37,695 nt of DNA from Promethearchaeota archaeon (GCA_004524535.1 SDNY01000024.1:1-37695), one strand, 5' to 3'. Positions 8,772 through 17,743 are shown, counted from the first letter of the stretch. The notes: generated by a model not told the origin, from the sequence alone. Numbers and translations: made by a program.

Positions 8772-9200
8772 TCAGTGTTTTAACACTATTTCAAGTTCTG
8801 TGTTAAAATCTTCATACTGATCTACATATACCAAACTCTTTCTATTATATTTGTCTTTGAATTTTTTTAAGACATCATCTAGTATTGGTTTAATTTTCTT
8901 AGTAATGATTTTTTCAGTTTTCTTTCTATTTTTAATATTGAATATGGCGTATGCAATAAGATCCTCATAATATTCCTCTTCAATGGATTCGATCCGAGTT
9001 ATACTAAAGAATGTGATGTGGTTTGTCGCTTCAATATAGGATAATTCTTCTGAAAATAAACTTTTACTGAAAGAATTTATAGCAGAAAAAAAAGCACCTT
9101 TTTTAAAATCTTGTATTTCACTTATTTCTTCCTGAAAATTTTTTCTGTAAAGAACAAATCCTCGACAAACAATACCTATCTCTTCTATTAACAAAAACAC
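8772..9200 (-). CDS. Hypothetical protein, possible longin/roadblock-like fold
   Basis: Pattern IGIVCRGFVLY...GAFFSAINSFSKSLF.EELSYIE followed by beta strands and a C-terminal helix. GGAGG SD upstream; the true start may be the TTG at 9194. Confidence 0.6.
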   Translation of the reverse strand: MFLLIEEIGIVCRGFVLYRKNFQEEISEIQDFKKGAFFSAINSFSKSLFSEELSYIEATNHITFFSITRIESIEEEYYEDLIAYAIFNIKNRKKTEKIITKKIKPILDDVLKKFKDKYNRKSLVYVDQYEDFNTELEIVLKH

Positions 9201-9253
9201 CCCTCCTCATTATTAGAAAAATATAAATCTTGAATAATAAGAAGTTACTTCGT

Positions 9254-9326
9254 TATATAAATCCATAAGGGAGGATTTTTGACTAGTTCATTGATATATA
9301 AATCCATAAGGAGTGATTTTTGACTA
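9254..9326. repeat. Two-copy 32-bp direct repeat, 41-bp period
   Basis: TATATAAATCCATAAGGGAGGATTTTTGACTA (9254-9285) versus TATATAAATCCATAAGGAGTGATTTTTGACTA (9295-9326). Confidence 0.9.
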
Positions 9327-9387
9327 AAGTATTTTCAATCCCGTATGATATTGATATAGGTAAAATAAAAACTTCTTTAAGAAGGAT

Positions 9388-9765
9388 TTATATTAAAACT
9401 GCGTTTAAAACTCCGTGTTGACCTGGACGGCTAGTAATCTTGGCTTTACCAAGTTCAGTTTCAACTACAGCTCCCCGTGTAAGAATGTGTCTTCGATTCA
9501 AATCTAACGATGCCTCGTTGCTTTCAAATTTTAATATTTTCACTTTCGAAGTTTTATTGGTATTAAGGTCAGTCACATTTACAAAAACAGAAGAAAACAA
9601 CTTTAACTTACTATTTCCTCCCATTACTCGTTGCTCTTTCCTTCGCTCAGTCCCAATTTCAGTGTTGATTGGAGGCCTTTCTAATTCTCTTTTTCTTTTT
9701 TTACGGAAATGTTTATATTTCTTTCCAGTGTATCTTCTTTTACTTCTCCGCTGACTTCTTGCCAT
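9388..9765 (-). CDS. rps8e: 30S ribosomal protein eS8 (S8e)
   Basis: RSKRRYTG, RKRELER, RVMGGN.K.KL, ILTRGAVVETELGKAKITSRPGQHGVLNAVL. Confidence 0.97.
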   Translation of the reverse strand: MARSQRRSKRRYTGKKYKHFRKKRKRELERPPINTEIGTERRKEQRVMGGNSKLKLFSSVFVNVTDLNTNKTSKVKILKFESNEASLDLNRRHILTRGAVVETELGKAKITSRPGQHGVLNAVLI

Positions 9766-9961
9766 AAGAAAATAGACCGTTCTAATTCTAATTCAATATT
9801 ATTGCTAATAAACAATATCTTTAAAGTTTTTTCATATTCAATATTCAATAAATTAATTTTAAACCAAAAAAAATAATTTAAAAAGTTTTTAAATGTAATT
9901 ATAATAATGGTATAAAAATTAGACTTATAATGAAAACAACTAGATTTTTTTAATCTTTAAA

Positions 9962-12817
9962 ATGAAAAAGCAAGAAAAAGTAATTGTTAAAAAACTAATT
10001 ATCGTTGGATTTATTACTGGATTAACCTTCTCAGTTTTTTCCCTTCCAATAATTGAAATGCTTACTGGATCTCCTGTTGCTCCTCTTGGAAATATCCTTT
10101 TTCCGGGTAATGGTGTATGGAACGTCCCAGGAGAAGTTCCAGAACACGAAACATTATATATTGAGGATCTAAATGATGAAGTCACAGTCTATCGTGATGT
10201 CTGGGGCATACCTCACATTTACGGAAACGACGAAGAGGATTTAATGTTTGCGGCGGGGTATGTCCATGCCCAAGATAGATTATTTCAAATGGAAATGGTC
10301 AGAAGGCTTGTCAGAGGAAGATTATCTGAAATTGCTGGTGAGGAGTATATAGAATCCGATAAATACAATCTAGCATTAGGGATGGAATATTGGTCGAAAA
10401 AAACACTTCTAATGTTAGAGGAAAAAGAGGAAAGAGGGGAAATTGATCTTTTAGAACCATTTGAACGATATGTTGACGGAATTAATTATTATATAGATAC
10501 CCACCAAAATGAGCTCCCTATTGAGTTTGCAATATTGGGTTTTAAGCCAACTGAGTGGACAATGACAGATTCATTATGTTTTGCAAAGTATATGGGGTAT
10601 ATGCTTACCTGGGATTACGATGACTTGTATAGATTGATTAATTTTGAGGCATTAGGCAGTGAAAGATATAATGATTTATATAGTCAATATGCTCCTTATC
10701 AAATCCCTATTTGTCCAAATTACGGGTCTTATAACGATAGTGTTATGGCATTAACTCATTTAGAAAGTGAACCACAACCAAGTTCTTCGGCGTTAAATGC
10801 CATATCACGTTTTCTAACCAATGTTGAAAATATTGAATCAGAAAAGCAATTAATAAATATAAAAAAACAGAATATTTTGGGCTCTAATAATTGGGTAGTA
10901 GATGGAGTATTAAGTGATACAGGTAAGCCAATTTTATGTAATGATATGCATTTAGCGTGGGGCTTACCGGGAATATGGTATGAATCTCACATTTCCGCGC
11001 AAGATCCGGATTTAAATGTCTATGGATTCACACTTCCGGGAGTGCCGCTAGTTATTGTTGGACATAACGAACATATAGCTTGGGGATTTACTAATACAAA
11101 TTACGACGTTTTAGACTGGTACTATTACAACGAGATAGATTCTAATCATTATATTCATAATGGTAAGGTAAAAGAATATAAAACAAGAGATTATAAGATT
11201 CGTGTAAAAGGAAAAGATCCAGTGGAATTTAAAGTGAAAGAAACAGTGCATGGTCCTGTTTTAAACGATTTCTTAGATGATGCGGTTCCGGACTCCCTTG
11301 ATTACGAAAATATAGTTATTGCACCCCAATGGACTGCTAACGACATAACATACGAAGCTTTAGCATTTTATGAATTCTTTTTTGCGAAAAATAGGGCAGA
11401 ATTTAATGAATCTTCAAGATGGTTTGTCAATCCTGCTCAAAATATGATCTATGGGGATATACACGGTAATATCGGAATTAGACCAACTGGATTAGTGCCT
11501 ATAAGAGATGGAAACGAAAATGGAACGTTCCCATATGATGGATCGAGTGGCGAAGGCGAATGGATTGGATACATTCCTTTTGAAGAATTACCCCATACTG
11601 AAAATCCCGACCAGCATTATCTGGCTTCTGCAAACCAAATAGTTGCGGGTCCTAACTATAAAAAGTATTTCCTTCAACACCCCTATGCTGCAGGCTATCG
11701 AGCAAGACGAATTAACGAATTACTTAATAATTCTGAAGATGGGACTGTAAGCGTAGAAACGATGAAAGAAATCCAATTAGATATAAGATCCACTCCCGCA
11801 GAATACTTTACACCCTATTTAATCAATGTAATTGAAAAAGGTGGGTTTTCTGAGAAAGCTTCAGTGATAAATCAAATTTATTCACATCTTAAATCTTGGC
11901 AATTTGATATGGATAAAGATAAAGCAGCTCCCACGATATACCGCAAATGGCGCGATTTATATATGGAATATACATTTGAAGACGAATTTGATGCGTTAGA
12001 TGCTTATCAGTATGTTCAATTAAATGTTTTAGAGAAATTAACCAGGGAAGATCCAAATTCAACGTGGTTTGACGATATTTATACACCCATAGTTGAAAAG
12101 AGAGATGATATTATTCTAAGAGCATTTTTGGATACGGTTGATTGGCTTGAAGACTTCTACGATTCAGATGATGTCGATGATTGGGAGTGGGGTGATCTAC
12201 ATAAAGGGTATTTCGAGCATCTTTTAGAAATAGAAACTTTTAGTAAAGGTCCTTATGAATTGGATGGAGAGGGCTACACAGTAAATCCTTCTTGGGTAGA
12301 TATAAGCGATGGGGAAGGAAGAGCAGGTGGAGGAGCTTCAGAGAGAATGATTATCGACTTTAGCGATCTTCAAAATTGTTTAAGTGTAATCCCATCCGGA
12401 CAACGTGGATATTCAAACTCAAAACATTATGATGATCAATTAGAATTATTTTTAGACGGAGAATATCATCCTCAATATTTTTATGATGATATTGAGGATT
12501 TTCCTGAAAGTAAAATTGAATCCCAACTCCACTTTATTCCGGCTGAAAAAGTTATCGTGTGGATAGCTTTCACAACAATTTTCTTAATTATTGGGATTAT
12601 TAGCCTCATAGAAATTCGCTGGATAAGAAAGTATGATATAATTCCAAAAATTGAAGAAAAGAGAAATTTATTAGTTCAATGGATCAAAAAAAACGAGCTG
12701 ATTTCAAAAATTAAAGAAAAGAGAAATGTATTAATTCAATGGATCAAAAAGAACGGGAGAATTTCAAAAATTAAAGAGTGGAATCATTCTTTGGTTCAAT
12801 GGATCAAAAAAAGGTGA
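9962..12817 (+). CDS. Penicillin acylase family (Ntn-hydrolase, S45) amidase, anchored at both termini
   Basis: VYRDVWGIPHIY, GYVHAQDRLFQM, autocatalytic G-SNNW (Ser codon 10883), NDMHL, PGIWYE, ETVHGP, SANQ, PSGQRG...HYDDQ; hydrophobic N- and C-terminal helices. Confidence 0.93.
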   Translation: MKKQEKVIVKKLIIVGFITGLTFSVFSLPIIEMLTGSPVAPLGNILFPGNGVWNVPGEVPEHETLYIEDLNDEVTVYRDVWGIPHIYGNDEEDLMFAAGYVHAQDRLFQMEMVRRLVRGRLSEIAGEEYIESDKYNLALGMEYWSKKTLLMLEEKEERGEIDLLEPFERYVDGINYYIDTHQNELPIEFAILGFKPTEWTMTDSLCFAKYMGYMLTWDYDDLYRLINFEALGSERYNDLYSQYAPYQIPICPNYGSYNDSVMALTHLESEPQPSSSALNAISRFLTNVENIESEKQLINIKKQNILGSNNWVVDGVLSDTGKPILCNDMHLAWGLPGIWYESHISAQDPDLNVYGFTLPGVPLVIVGHNEHIAWGFTNTNYDVLDWYYYNEIDSNHYIHNGKVKEYKTRDYKIRVKGKDPVEFKVKETVHGPVLNDFLDDAVPDSLDYENIVIAPQWTANDITYEALAFYEFFFAKNRAEFNESSRWFVNPAQNMIYGDIHGNIGIRPTGLVPIRDGNENGTFPYDGSSGEGEWIGYIPFEELPHTENPDQHYLASANQIVAGPNYKKYFLQHPYAAGYRARRINELLNNSEDGTVSVETMKEIQLDIRSTPAEYFTPYLINVIEKGGFSEKASVINQIYSHLKSWQFDMDKDKAAPTIYRKWRDLYMEYTFEDEFDALDAYQYVQLNVLEKLTREDPNSTWFDDIYTPIVEKRDDIILRAFLDTVDWLEDFYDSDDVDDWEWGDLHKGYFEHLLEIETFSKGPYELDGEGYTVNPSWVDISDGEGRAGGGASERMIIDFSDLQNCLSVIPSGQRGYSNSKHYDDQLELFLDGEYHPQYFYDDIEDFPESKIESQLHFIPAEKVIVWIAFTTIFLIIGIISLIEIRWIRKYDIIPKIEEKRNLLVQWIKKNELISKIKEKRNVLIQWIKKNGRISKIKEWNHSLVQWIKKR
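12641..12817 (+). repeat. Coding tandem repeat, 60-nt (20-aa) period, about 3 copies
   Basis: IPKIEEKRNLLVQWIKKNEL / ISKIKEKRNVLIQWIKKNGR / ISKIKEWNHSLVQWIKKR; TTCAATGGATCAAAAA recurs every 60 nt. Confidence 0.92.
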
Positions 12818-12823
12818 TCATAA

Positions 12824-13303
12824 ATAGCTCTCAAGAAAATAAGAAGAAAAATTAAGAATGGTTTTAAAAACAAAGAGATTAATCCAGAACTTAAACTAGC
12901 TCGAATAAATTTTTTAATCGGGACTCTTTTTGCGGTTATTATTACGTTTTTTCTTTTATTTGTAGAAATATGGCATTTAATTATAATTCCTGGTTTGGTT
13001 GCCGGAATATTTAATAAAAAGATGAAACGTGGAATATATAGTGGAGCTTTAGGAGTTACTTTAGTCTGGTTAATTTACATGACTTTAGCTATTCTTACTC
13101 GAAATGCTTATGCTAATTTAGATCAATTTGCGGGCTTAATTTTTGGTGAATTAGGGTACGGATGGATTCTTTTTATAATGATCTTGTTATTTGGAACATT
13201 ATTTGGAGCCCTGGGTGGAGCAATTGGAAGCGGCCTTGTGATCTTTATTGACCTTAAACAAATGGATCGAGTGGATAACGCTCAGACTCGAGAGGAGAGA
13301 TGA
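12824..13303 (+). CDS. Small Gly-rich membrane protein (DUF5518-like); probable ATA start
   Basis: The frame opens right after TAA 12821-12823 and encodes a basic N-terminus plus an extra TM (FLIGTLFAVIITFFLLFVEIWHLIIIPG) before the tracked TTG at 12995. AGGTGA lies 6 nt upstream; GALGGAIGSG motif. Confidence 0.75.
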   Translation: MALKKIRRKIKNGFKNKEINPELKLARINFLIGTLFAVIITFFLLFVEIWHLIIIPGLVAGIFNKKMKRGIYSGALGVTLVWLIYMTLAILTRNAYANLDQFAGLIFGELGYGWILFIMILLFGTLFGALGGAIGSGLVIFIDLKQMDRVDNAQTREER

Positions 13304-13372
13304 ATCAAAAATTTTACATTTAAAATATTAAAAGAAAAATATATTTAGTTCTATTCTTTTAAATAAAATGAT

Positions 13373-14017
13373 ATGATGGAAAATAATTTAAAAAAAAATT
13401 CTAGCAATTTAGATGAAGATAACTTAAAAAAAGTTCTATCAGGCACTACAACCGTAGGGTTAATTGTAAAAGAAGGGGTTGTAATTGGGACAGAGTCTCA
13501 AGCGACAGCTGGTTATACGGTTGCAACGAAGCAGGCGCAAAAATTATTTGAAATCAATAAGTATACTGCCGCTACTATATCTGGTGGTGTTGCCGATTGC
13601 CAATATGTAATTAATCAAATACAAGCATTATCCCGATTGAAACAAGTAGAGGAGGGGCAAAGTCCTGAACCTAAATATGTAGCAAATACAACAAGAAACA
13701 TACTCTTTTCAGGACGGTCTTATTTTCTCTCGCTGATGATTGTAGGCGGGTATTCTCTTGACGAGAAGAAGGGTGTGCTTTACGGAATAGATTTATTAGG
13801 CACTCTTTTTGAAGAAGATAAATATATCTCTTTTGGCTCCGGTTCTCCTTTTTCTTTGGGCGTATTAGAAGCAGATTGGAAGAAAGAAATGTCTCTATCT
13901 GAAGGGATAGATTTAATAAAGACCGCCATTTCGGCGTCAAGGGAACGCGATGCCGCCTCAGGATTTAAGATACAAATATGTACCATAGACAAAGATGGAT
14001 TTAAACAAATTCAATAA
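13373..14017 (+). CDS. psmB: 20S proteasome beta subunit
   Basis: Propeptide followed by G-TTTVG (catalytic Thr), KLFEIN, SGGVADCQ, GSGSPF, RDAASG. Confidence 0.96.
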   Translation: MMENNLKKNSSNLDEDNLKKVLSGTTTVGLIVKEGVVIGTESQATAGYTVATKQAQKLFEINKYTAATISGGVADCQYVINQIQALSRLKQVEEGQSPEPKYVANTTRNILFSGRSYFLSLMIVGGYSLDEKKGVLYGIDLLGTLFEEDKYISFGSGSPFSLGVLEADWKKEMSLSEGIDLIKTAISASRERDAASGFKIQICTIDKDGFKQIQ

Positions 14018-14036
14018 ATAATTTGGATGAAAATTT

Positions 14037-14513
14037 CTACTCTTTCTTTATTTCTACGAGAATTTGGTAAAATTCTTTATTAAAGTAAATAAATCCGTTT
14101 AGATCGTAATTTCCAGCACTCATAATTGTCCAAATTAAGTTTTTAAAAAGCTTAAATTCATTTAAATGTTCCATGTTATCCGTATCTACACCACTTGGAT
14201 AGGAACCAGCTGGATGGGAATGAAAAATGCTAATTAGCCGTTTATTATATTTTTCCGCAGCCGTTTTATATATTTCATTCAATTCTTCTATATTATCTAT
14301 TAAAAACGCTACAGTGGACTTATTGGTAGATTCAATACATTCAAACTTTTGCCCTAAATAATGATATTGAAATCCATCTTCTACTTTTTTCTCATTAATT
14401 TCACCAAAAATTAGACCACAGGCTTCGTAAGGACTGGCATTTTTCACACATGTAGTTAATTTCTTAAAAATCTCATCATCTATGATGAATTTAATATCTT
14501 CCAATAATTTCAT
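14037..14513 (-). CDS. JAB1/MPN/Mov34 (JAMM) metalloprotease
   Basis: EACGL...FHSHPAGSYPSGVD, an intact E..HxH..S..D JAMM motif. Confidence 0.9.
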   Translation of the reverse strand: MKLLEDIKFIIDDEIFKKLTTCVKNASPYEACGLIFGEINEKKVEDGFQYHYLGQKFECIESTNKSTVAFLIDNIEELNEIYKTAAEKYNKRLISIFHSHPAGSYPSGVDTDNMEHLNEFKLFKNLIWTIMSAGNYDLNGFIYFNKEFYQILVEIKKE

Positions 14514-14535
14514 ATTATTCCCTAATTAACGTATA

Positions 14536-15216
14536 TTAAAATAATGTTAGTGCAGCATTAACTGCGGCTAACCTTGCCCTTTCAAAATTTTCCCCTAATC
14601 CAATAATTACTACATCGTTAGGTTCTAATTTTGAATCTAATTTATTGATTTCTCCTTTAAAATACTCATAAACCTTTTCGTTAACGATTGAATCTGCCCG
14701 TTTTGTATTGATATCATAACCAGATGGAAAAACTAATTGTTTCCCATCATAAACAAGACATGTTGCTCCAAGACCACCAACTTTTATAGCAGCATCTCTC
14801 TGCTCTATACCGTTAGTCAATTTATCACCATAGTTCTTGACTTGACAGAAGCATACTTTATTATTTTCCATATCGATAATCGTTTCTTGTAAAATTGAAA
14901 GATCACCCTCTTTGATAAAAGGGATTATTTGTTTTATCTTCTCCAAGAATATTAACCCTGCTTTAGTCAAAACGTGCCCCTTCCTTATATTTTCATCTAA
15001 AACCGAAATAAAATTAATAATTTTATTCAATCTTTTAATTAGGGATTTGGCGGTTCCCGAACCAATTAATAATTCCTTCTCAAGACGATATCTACCAATT
15101 CCATCTCGATTTTCTCCAAATATAAATATTGCTAAAATTGCGTGAACAATCTCAAAGGAAGGTTTTATAGTTTCACTTTTAAATAGCTCTTCTAGTTCTT
15201 CAAGGATTTTAGACAT
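14536..15216 (-). CDS. DUF4443-type protein with N-terminal winged helix
   Basis: IGRYRLEKELLIGSGTAKSLIKRL...GHVLTKAG (wHTH) and GIEQRDAAIKVGGLGA motif. Confidence 0.75.
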   Translation of the reverse strand: MSKILEELEELFKSETIKPSFEIVHAILAIFIFGENRDGIGRYRLEKELLIGSGTAKSLIKRLNKIINFISVLDENIRKGHVLTKAGLIFLEKIKQIIPFIKEGDLSILQETIIDMENNKVCFCQVKNYGDKLTNGIEQRDAAIKVGGLGATCLVYDGKQLVFPSGYDINTKRADSIVNEKVYEYFKGEINKLDSKLEPNDVVIIGLGENFERARLAAVNAALTLF

Positions 15217-15285
15217 TAATAACAGTATCGTTTTTCTTTATTCTAAGTAATATCAAACAAGGAAAATTAAAAAATGTAACAATTA

Positions 15286-16080
15286 TTATTTCTTTTTCAG
15301 AATTATCGCCTTATGTGGACATTTGGAAACGCAAATTCCGCACCCAAAACAATTATTAGAATTAAAACGCAATCTACCATTAACTATTTTTCTTGCTCCA
15401 AAATAACACCTTGGTTCGCATTCTCCACAACTTTTACATGTATTTAAATCCGTCTCCGCAATGAAATCGCTTTTAATCATCTGTGGAGATCCGCCCTTTA
15501 GAAAATTACTCATTGTCATACAACAACAAGGGCAGCAATTACAAATTACATAATAAAATTGAGGACTGGGGAAATAAATAAGTTGGTGGACTAACCCTCT
15601 ATCATCGCACTCATTCAACAATTTTATTATCTCTTCTTTAGAGATTCTTTTTAGGTTCTCTGATCTTCCAGGGATTTCGTATAAAGATTTGCCAAACCCT
15701 ATATGAAAACAAGTATAGAGGGGATGGTCGCAATTAGGAGCATTATATTTCCTCTGAACCGATCTACAATAACACCAACTTACACCAACTACTTTTGAAC
15801 GAAGAATTATTTCTAAGATTTCCTGCGTTGGTAGAAATCGAGTATCGACTGAAATATTCCGATTTAACGGAACCACTTTGCTACCCCACCTGCCTTTCAA
15901 AATAGACCTACTGAGCCAAGCAATTGAATATTTATTAAATTTCTTGCTAATTCTTCTAAGAAATTCTAGTATAGAAACCTCAAATAGACCAAATAAACTA
16001 GATAATAGCTTTCCAAATTGAGGAAATCTTTTAAAAATCTTGTCAATCTTGGATTTGAATTTATTAGGTGAAGGTTCCAT
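15286..16080 (-). CDS. Cys-rich 4Fe-4S dicluster protein (CxCR...LVH...CNCCPCCC family)
   Basis: CYCR, GLVH, ICNCCPCCC, C-terminal CKSCGECEPRC and CFGCGICVSKCP. Confidence 0.88.
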   Translation of the reverse strand: MEPSPNKFKSKIDKIFKRFPQFGKLLSSLFGLFEVSILEFLRRISKKFNKYSIAWLSRSILKGRWGSKVVPLNRNISVDTRFLPTQEILEIILRSKVVGVSWCYCRSVQRKYNAPNCDHPLYTCFHIGFGKSLYEIPGRSENLKRISKEEIIKLLNECDDRGLVHQLIYFPSPQFYYVICNCCPCCCMTMSNFLKGGSPQMIKSDFIAETDLNTCKSCGECEPRCYFGARKIVNGRLRFNSNNCFGCGICVSKCPHKAIILKKK

Positions 16081-16552
16081 TATGAAAATCGAAGAATTTT
16101 ATTATATTTTATGAATTAATAAAAATATTTTAACCTATTATAAGGTAGCTTTTTATTATTTTATATTTTTTCTATAACAAAATGATTTTTATTAACTCAC
16201 AGATAATATAAAAATTCATAAATCAGCGTACCGGAATTTAATTTTTTTTGCTTTTTTTATTTCATTTTAAGCCAAATTGGTGAATTAATATCAAATCATC
16301 AAAAATCATAGTAATCTGGATTCATTTTTTCACAAATTTAAAAATTTGGCAGAGACTCACGAAATTACACCAGATTGATCATTGATATATCTTCCGACAA
16401 AATTTTTTAAACATTTTCATTTTTTTCTTCATAAATTTATCATAATATCAAAATCTTTAAATATATATTTGATCTTCATTTATGTAACAATTAAAATAAA
16501 AATTAATCCTAAAATAAAAATAAAAAATTAAAAAGTGGAGGAATGAATTAGT

Positions 16553-16768
16553 ATGGCAGGTAGAGATTATATCAGCTGGAGTCCAATTAGACGCCTTATG
16601 AAACACAATGGAGCCATTATTGTTGCTCGAGATGCAGTAGACGAATTAGTTGATTGGATGGGATCCTCAGCTGAGAAAATCACAAAAACAGCGTTGTCCT
16701 TAACAAAACATGCAAAAAGAAAGAAGGTAACGCGAGATGATATACTTTTAGCAATTAAATACTTCTAA
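16553..16768 (+). CDS. Archaeal histone (single histone fold, no tail)
   Basis: PIRRLMK..GA..VARDAV...HAKRKKVTRDDI.LA; GGAGG upstream and a TTTAAATA box near 16456. Confidence 0.93.
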   Translation: MAGRDYISWSPIRRLMKHNGAIIVARDAVDELVDWMGSSAEKITKTALSLTKHAKRKKVTRDDILLAIKYF

Positions 16769-16774
16769 ACGTAA

Positions 16775-16837
16775 TTTTGGTTAACTTGGTTAACGAAAAC
16801 ATAAAATAAAACAAAATATTTTTTTTTTTTTTTCTTT
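16775..16837 (+). terminator. Putative histone terminator: hairpin followed by long T-tract
   Basis: TTTTG-GTTAAC-TTG-GTTAAC-GAAAA then an uninterrupted T run at about 16819-16833. Confidence 0.5.
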
Positions 16838-16975
16838 AGAAAGAAATAGTTATTTATTACTTATTCAATAGATAAAAATAGATTTTTTTTAATAAGAATA
16901 ATTCAATTGTATACTTAGATTAATTAATAGATTAAATAATATATATTACTAAACAAATAGAAAAGTTGATTTACT

Positions 16976-17470
16976 ATCAATAGTGCTAATTTCGAAAAAA
17001 AGCATACTCAAAAATTATGTAATGCTATATCTATTCTTTTAACTGTTTCATATTCTCTATTTATGGCAGCCGCTGGACACGCACCAATTAAACATGAAGG
17101 ATATAATGAAGATAAATTCACTATCGAAATTGATATTTCTGATAGAGAATTATTAAAGAGAAACATTAATAATTTTTATTTAAAAGAATCAATGGAATTA
17201 GTTAGTGAACTTAATTTAAATAATAGAGATCATAAAAGAATCTTTAAAAAATTTAAGAAAATATTTGAAAACTCAGAATTAATGGAAAAGTTACACATAA
17301 TTAACTCCAAAATTGCGTTTAATGAAAAGTCTGAATTTAAAGAGATAATGTTAGAAATCGTAACTAAAATTGACATTGATGAATTAATTCCATTTTTAGA
17401 ATACATATTTAGAAAAGATGATTTGATTTATTTCATTCAAGATTTATTTAATGCCAAATACATGAAATAA
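16976..17470 (+). CDS. Hypothetical protein; ATC start at 16976 possible, otherwise ATG at 17063
   Basis: The frame is open from the in-frame TGA within AGTTGA; the ATC is 6 nt later and adds a hydrophobic stretch (AISILLTVSYSLF). Confidence 0.55.
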   Translation: MNSANFEKKHTQKLCNAISILLTVSYSLFMAAAGHAPIKHEGYNEDKFTIEIDISDRELLKRNINNFYLKESMELVSELNLNNRDHKRIFKKFKKIFENSELMEKLHIINSKIAFNEKSEFKEIMLEIVTKIDIDELIPFLEYIFRKDDLIYFIQDLFNAKYMK

Positions 17471-17508
17471 ATGGCAGAAAGATTTTTGTGAACTAATTAC
17501 TTCTAAGC

Positions 17509-17560
17509 GTTTGATCTATAAGATCAAGCAAAATATATTATAATTTTCTTTTTTTTTTTT
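17509..17560 (+). terminator. Hairpin (GTTTGATCT-ATA-AGATCAAGC) plus T-tract
   Basis: 7-bp perfect inverted repeat, 9 bp counting a G-U pair, about 40 nt after the stop and followed by poly-T. Confidence 0.5.
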
Positions 17561-17603
17561 CTTATTCTTAATAATAGGATATCTTTCCCTAAAATCTCAG
17601 TAA
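17552..17603 (+). repeat. Imperfect direct repeat, copy 1 (upstream of 7TM-RING gene)
   Basis: T9CTTATTCTTAATAATAGGATATCTTTCCCTAAAATCTCAGTAAA aligns to 18831-18881. Confidence 0.8.
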
Positions 17604-17743
17604 AAATAGATTAAATAAAGATTTAAATGTTAGAATATTCACTCTCATTACATTAAAGTAAAATTTCGTCTTAAAAAGAAAATCCGAACGATAAATCTAC
17701 TAACAAAGCATATGCTTGGATTAATGTTTTTGGTGTTTAATTT

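Noticed and set aside
9254-9326. Possible mini-CRISPR array
   Set aside because: Only two copies with a 9-nt spacer, and no cas genes in the window.
12815-12823. Selenocysteine or readthrough fusion of the acylase with the downstream in-frame membrane ORF
   Set aside because: The TGA is followed two codons later by TAA, and it does not fall at a Cys-equivalent position.
16081-16552. Long intergenic region as an ncRNA gene or replication origin
   Set aside because: AT-rich with only short scattered inverted matches; no ORB-like repeats, no neighbouring cdc6 and no GC-rich stems.
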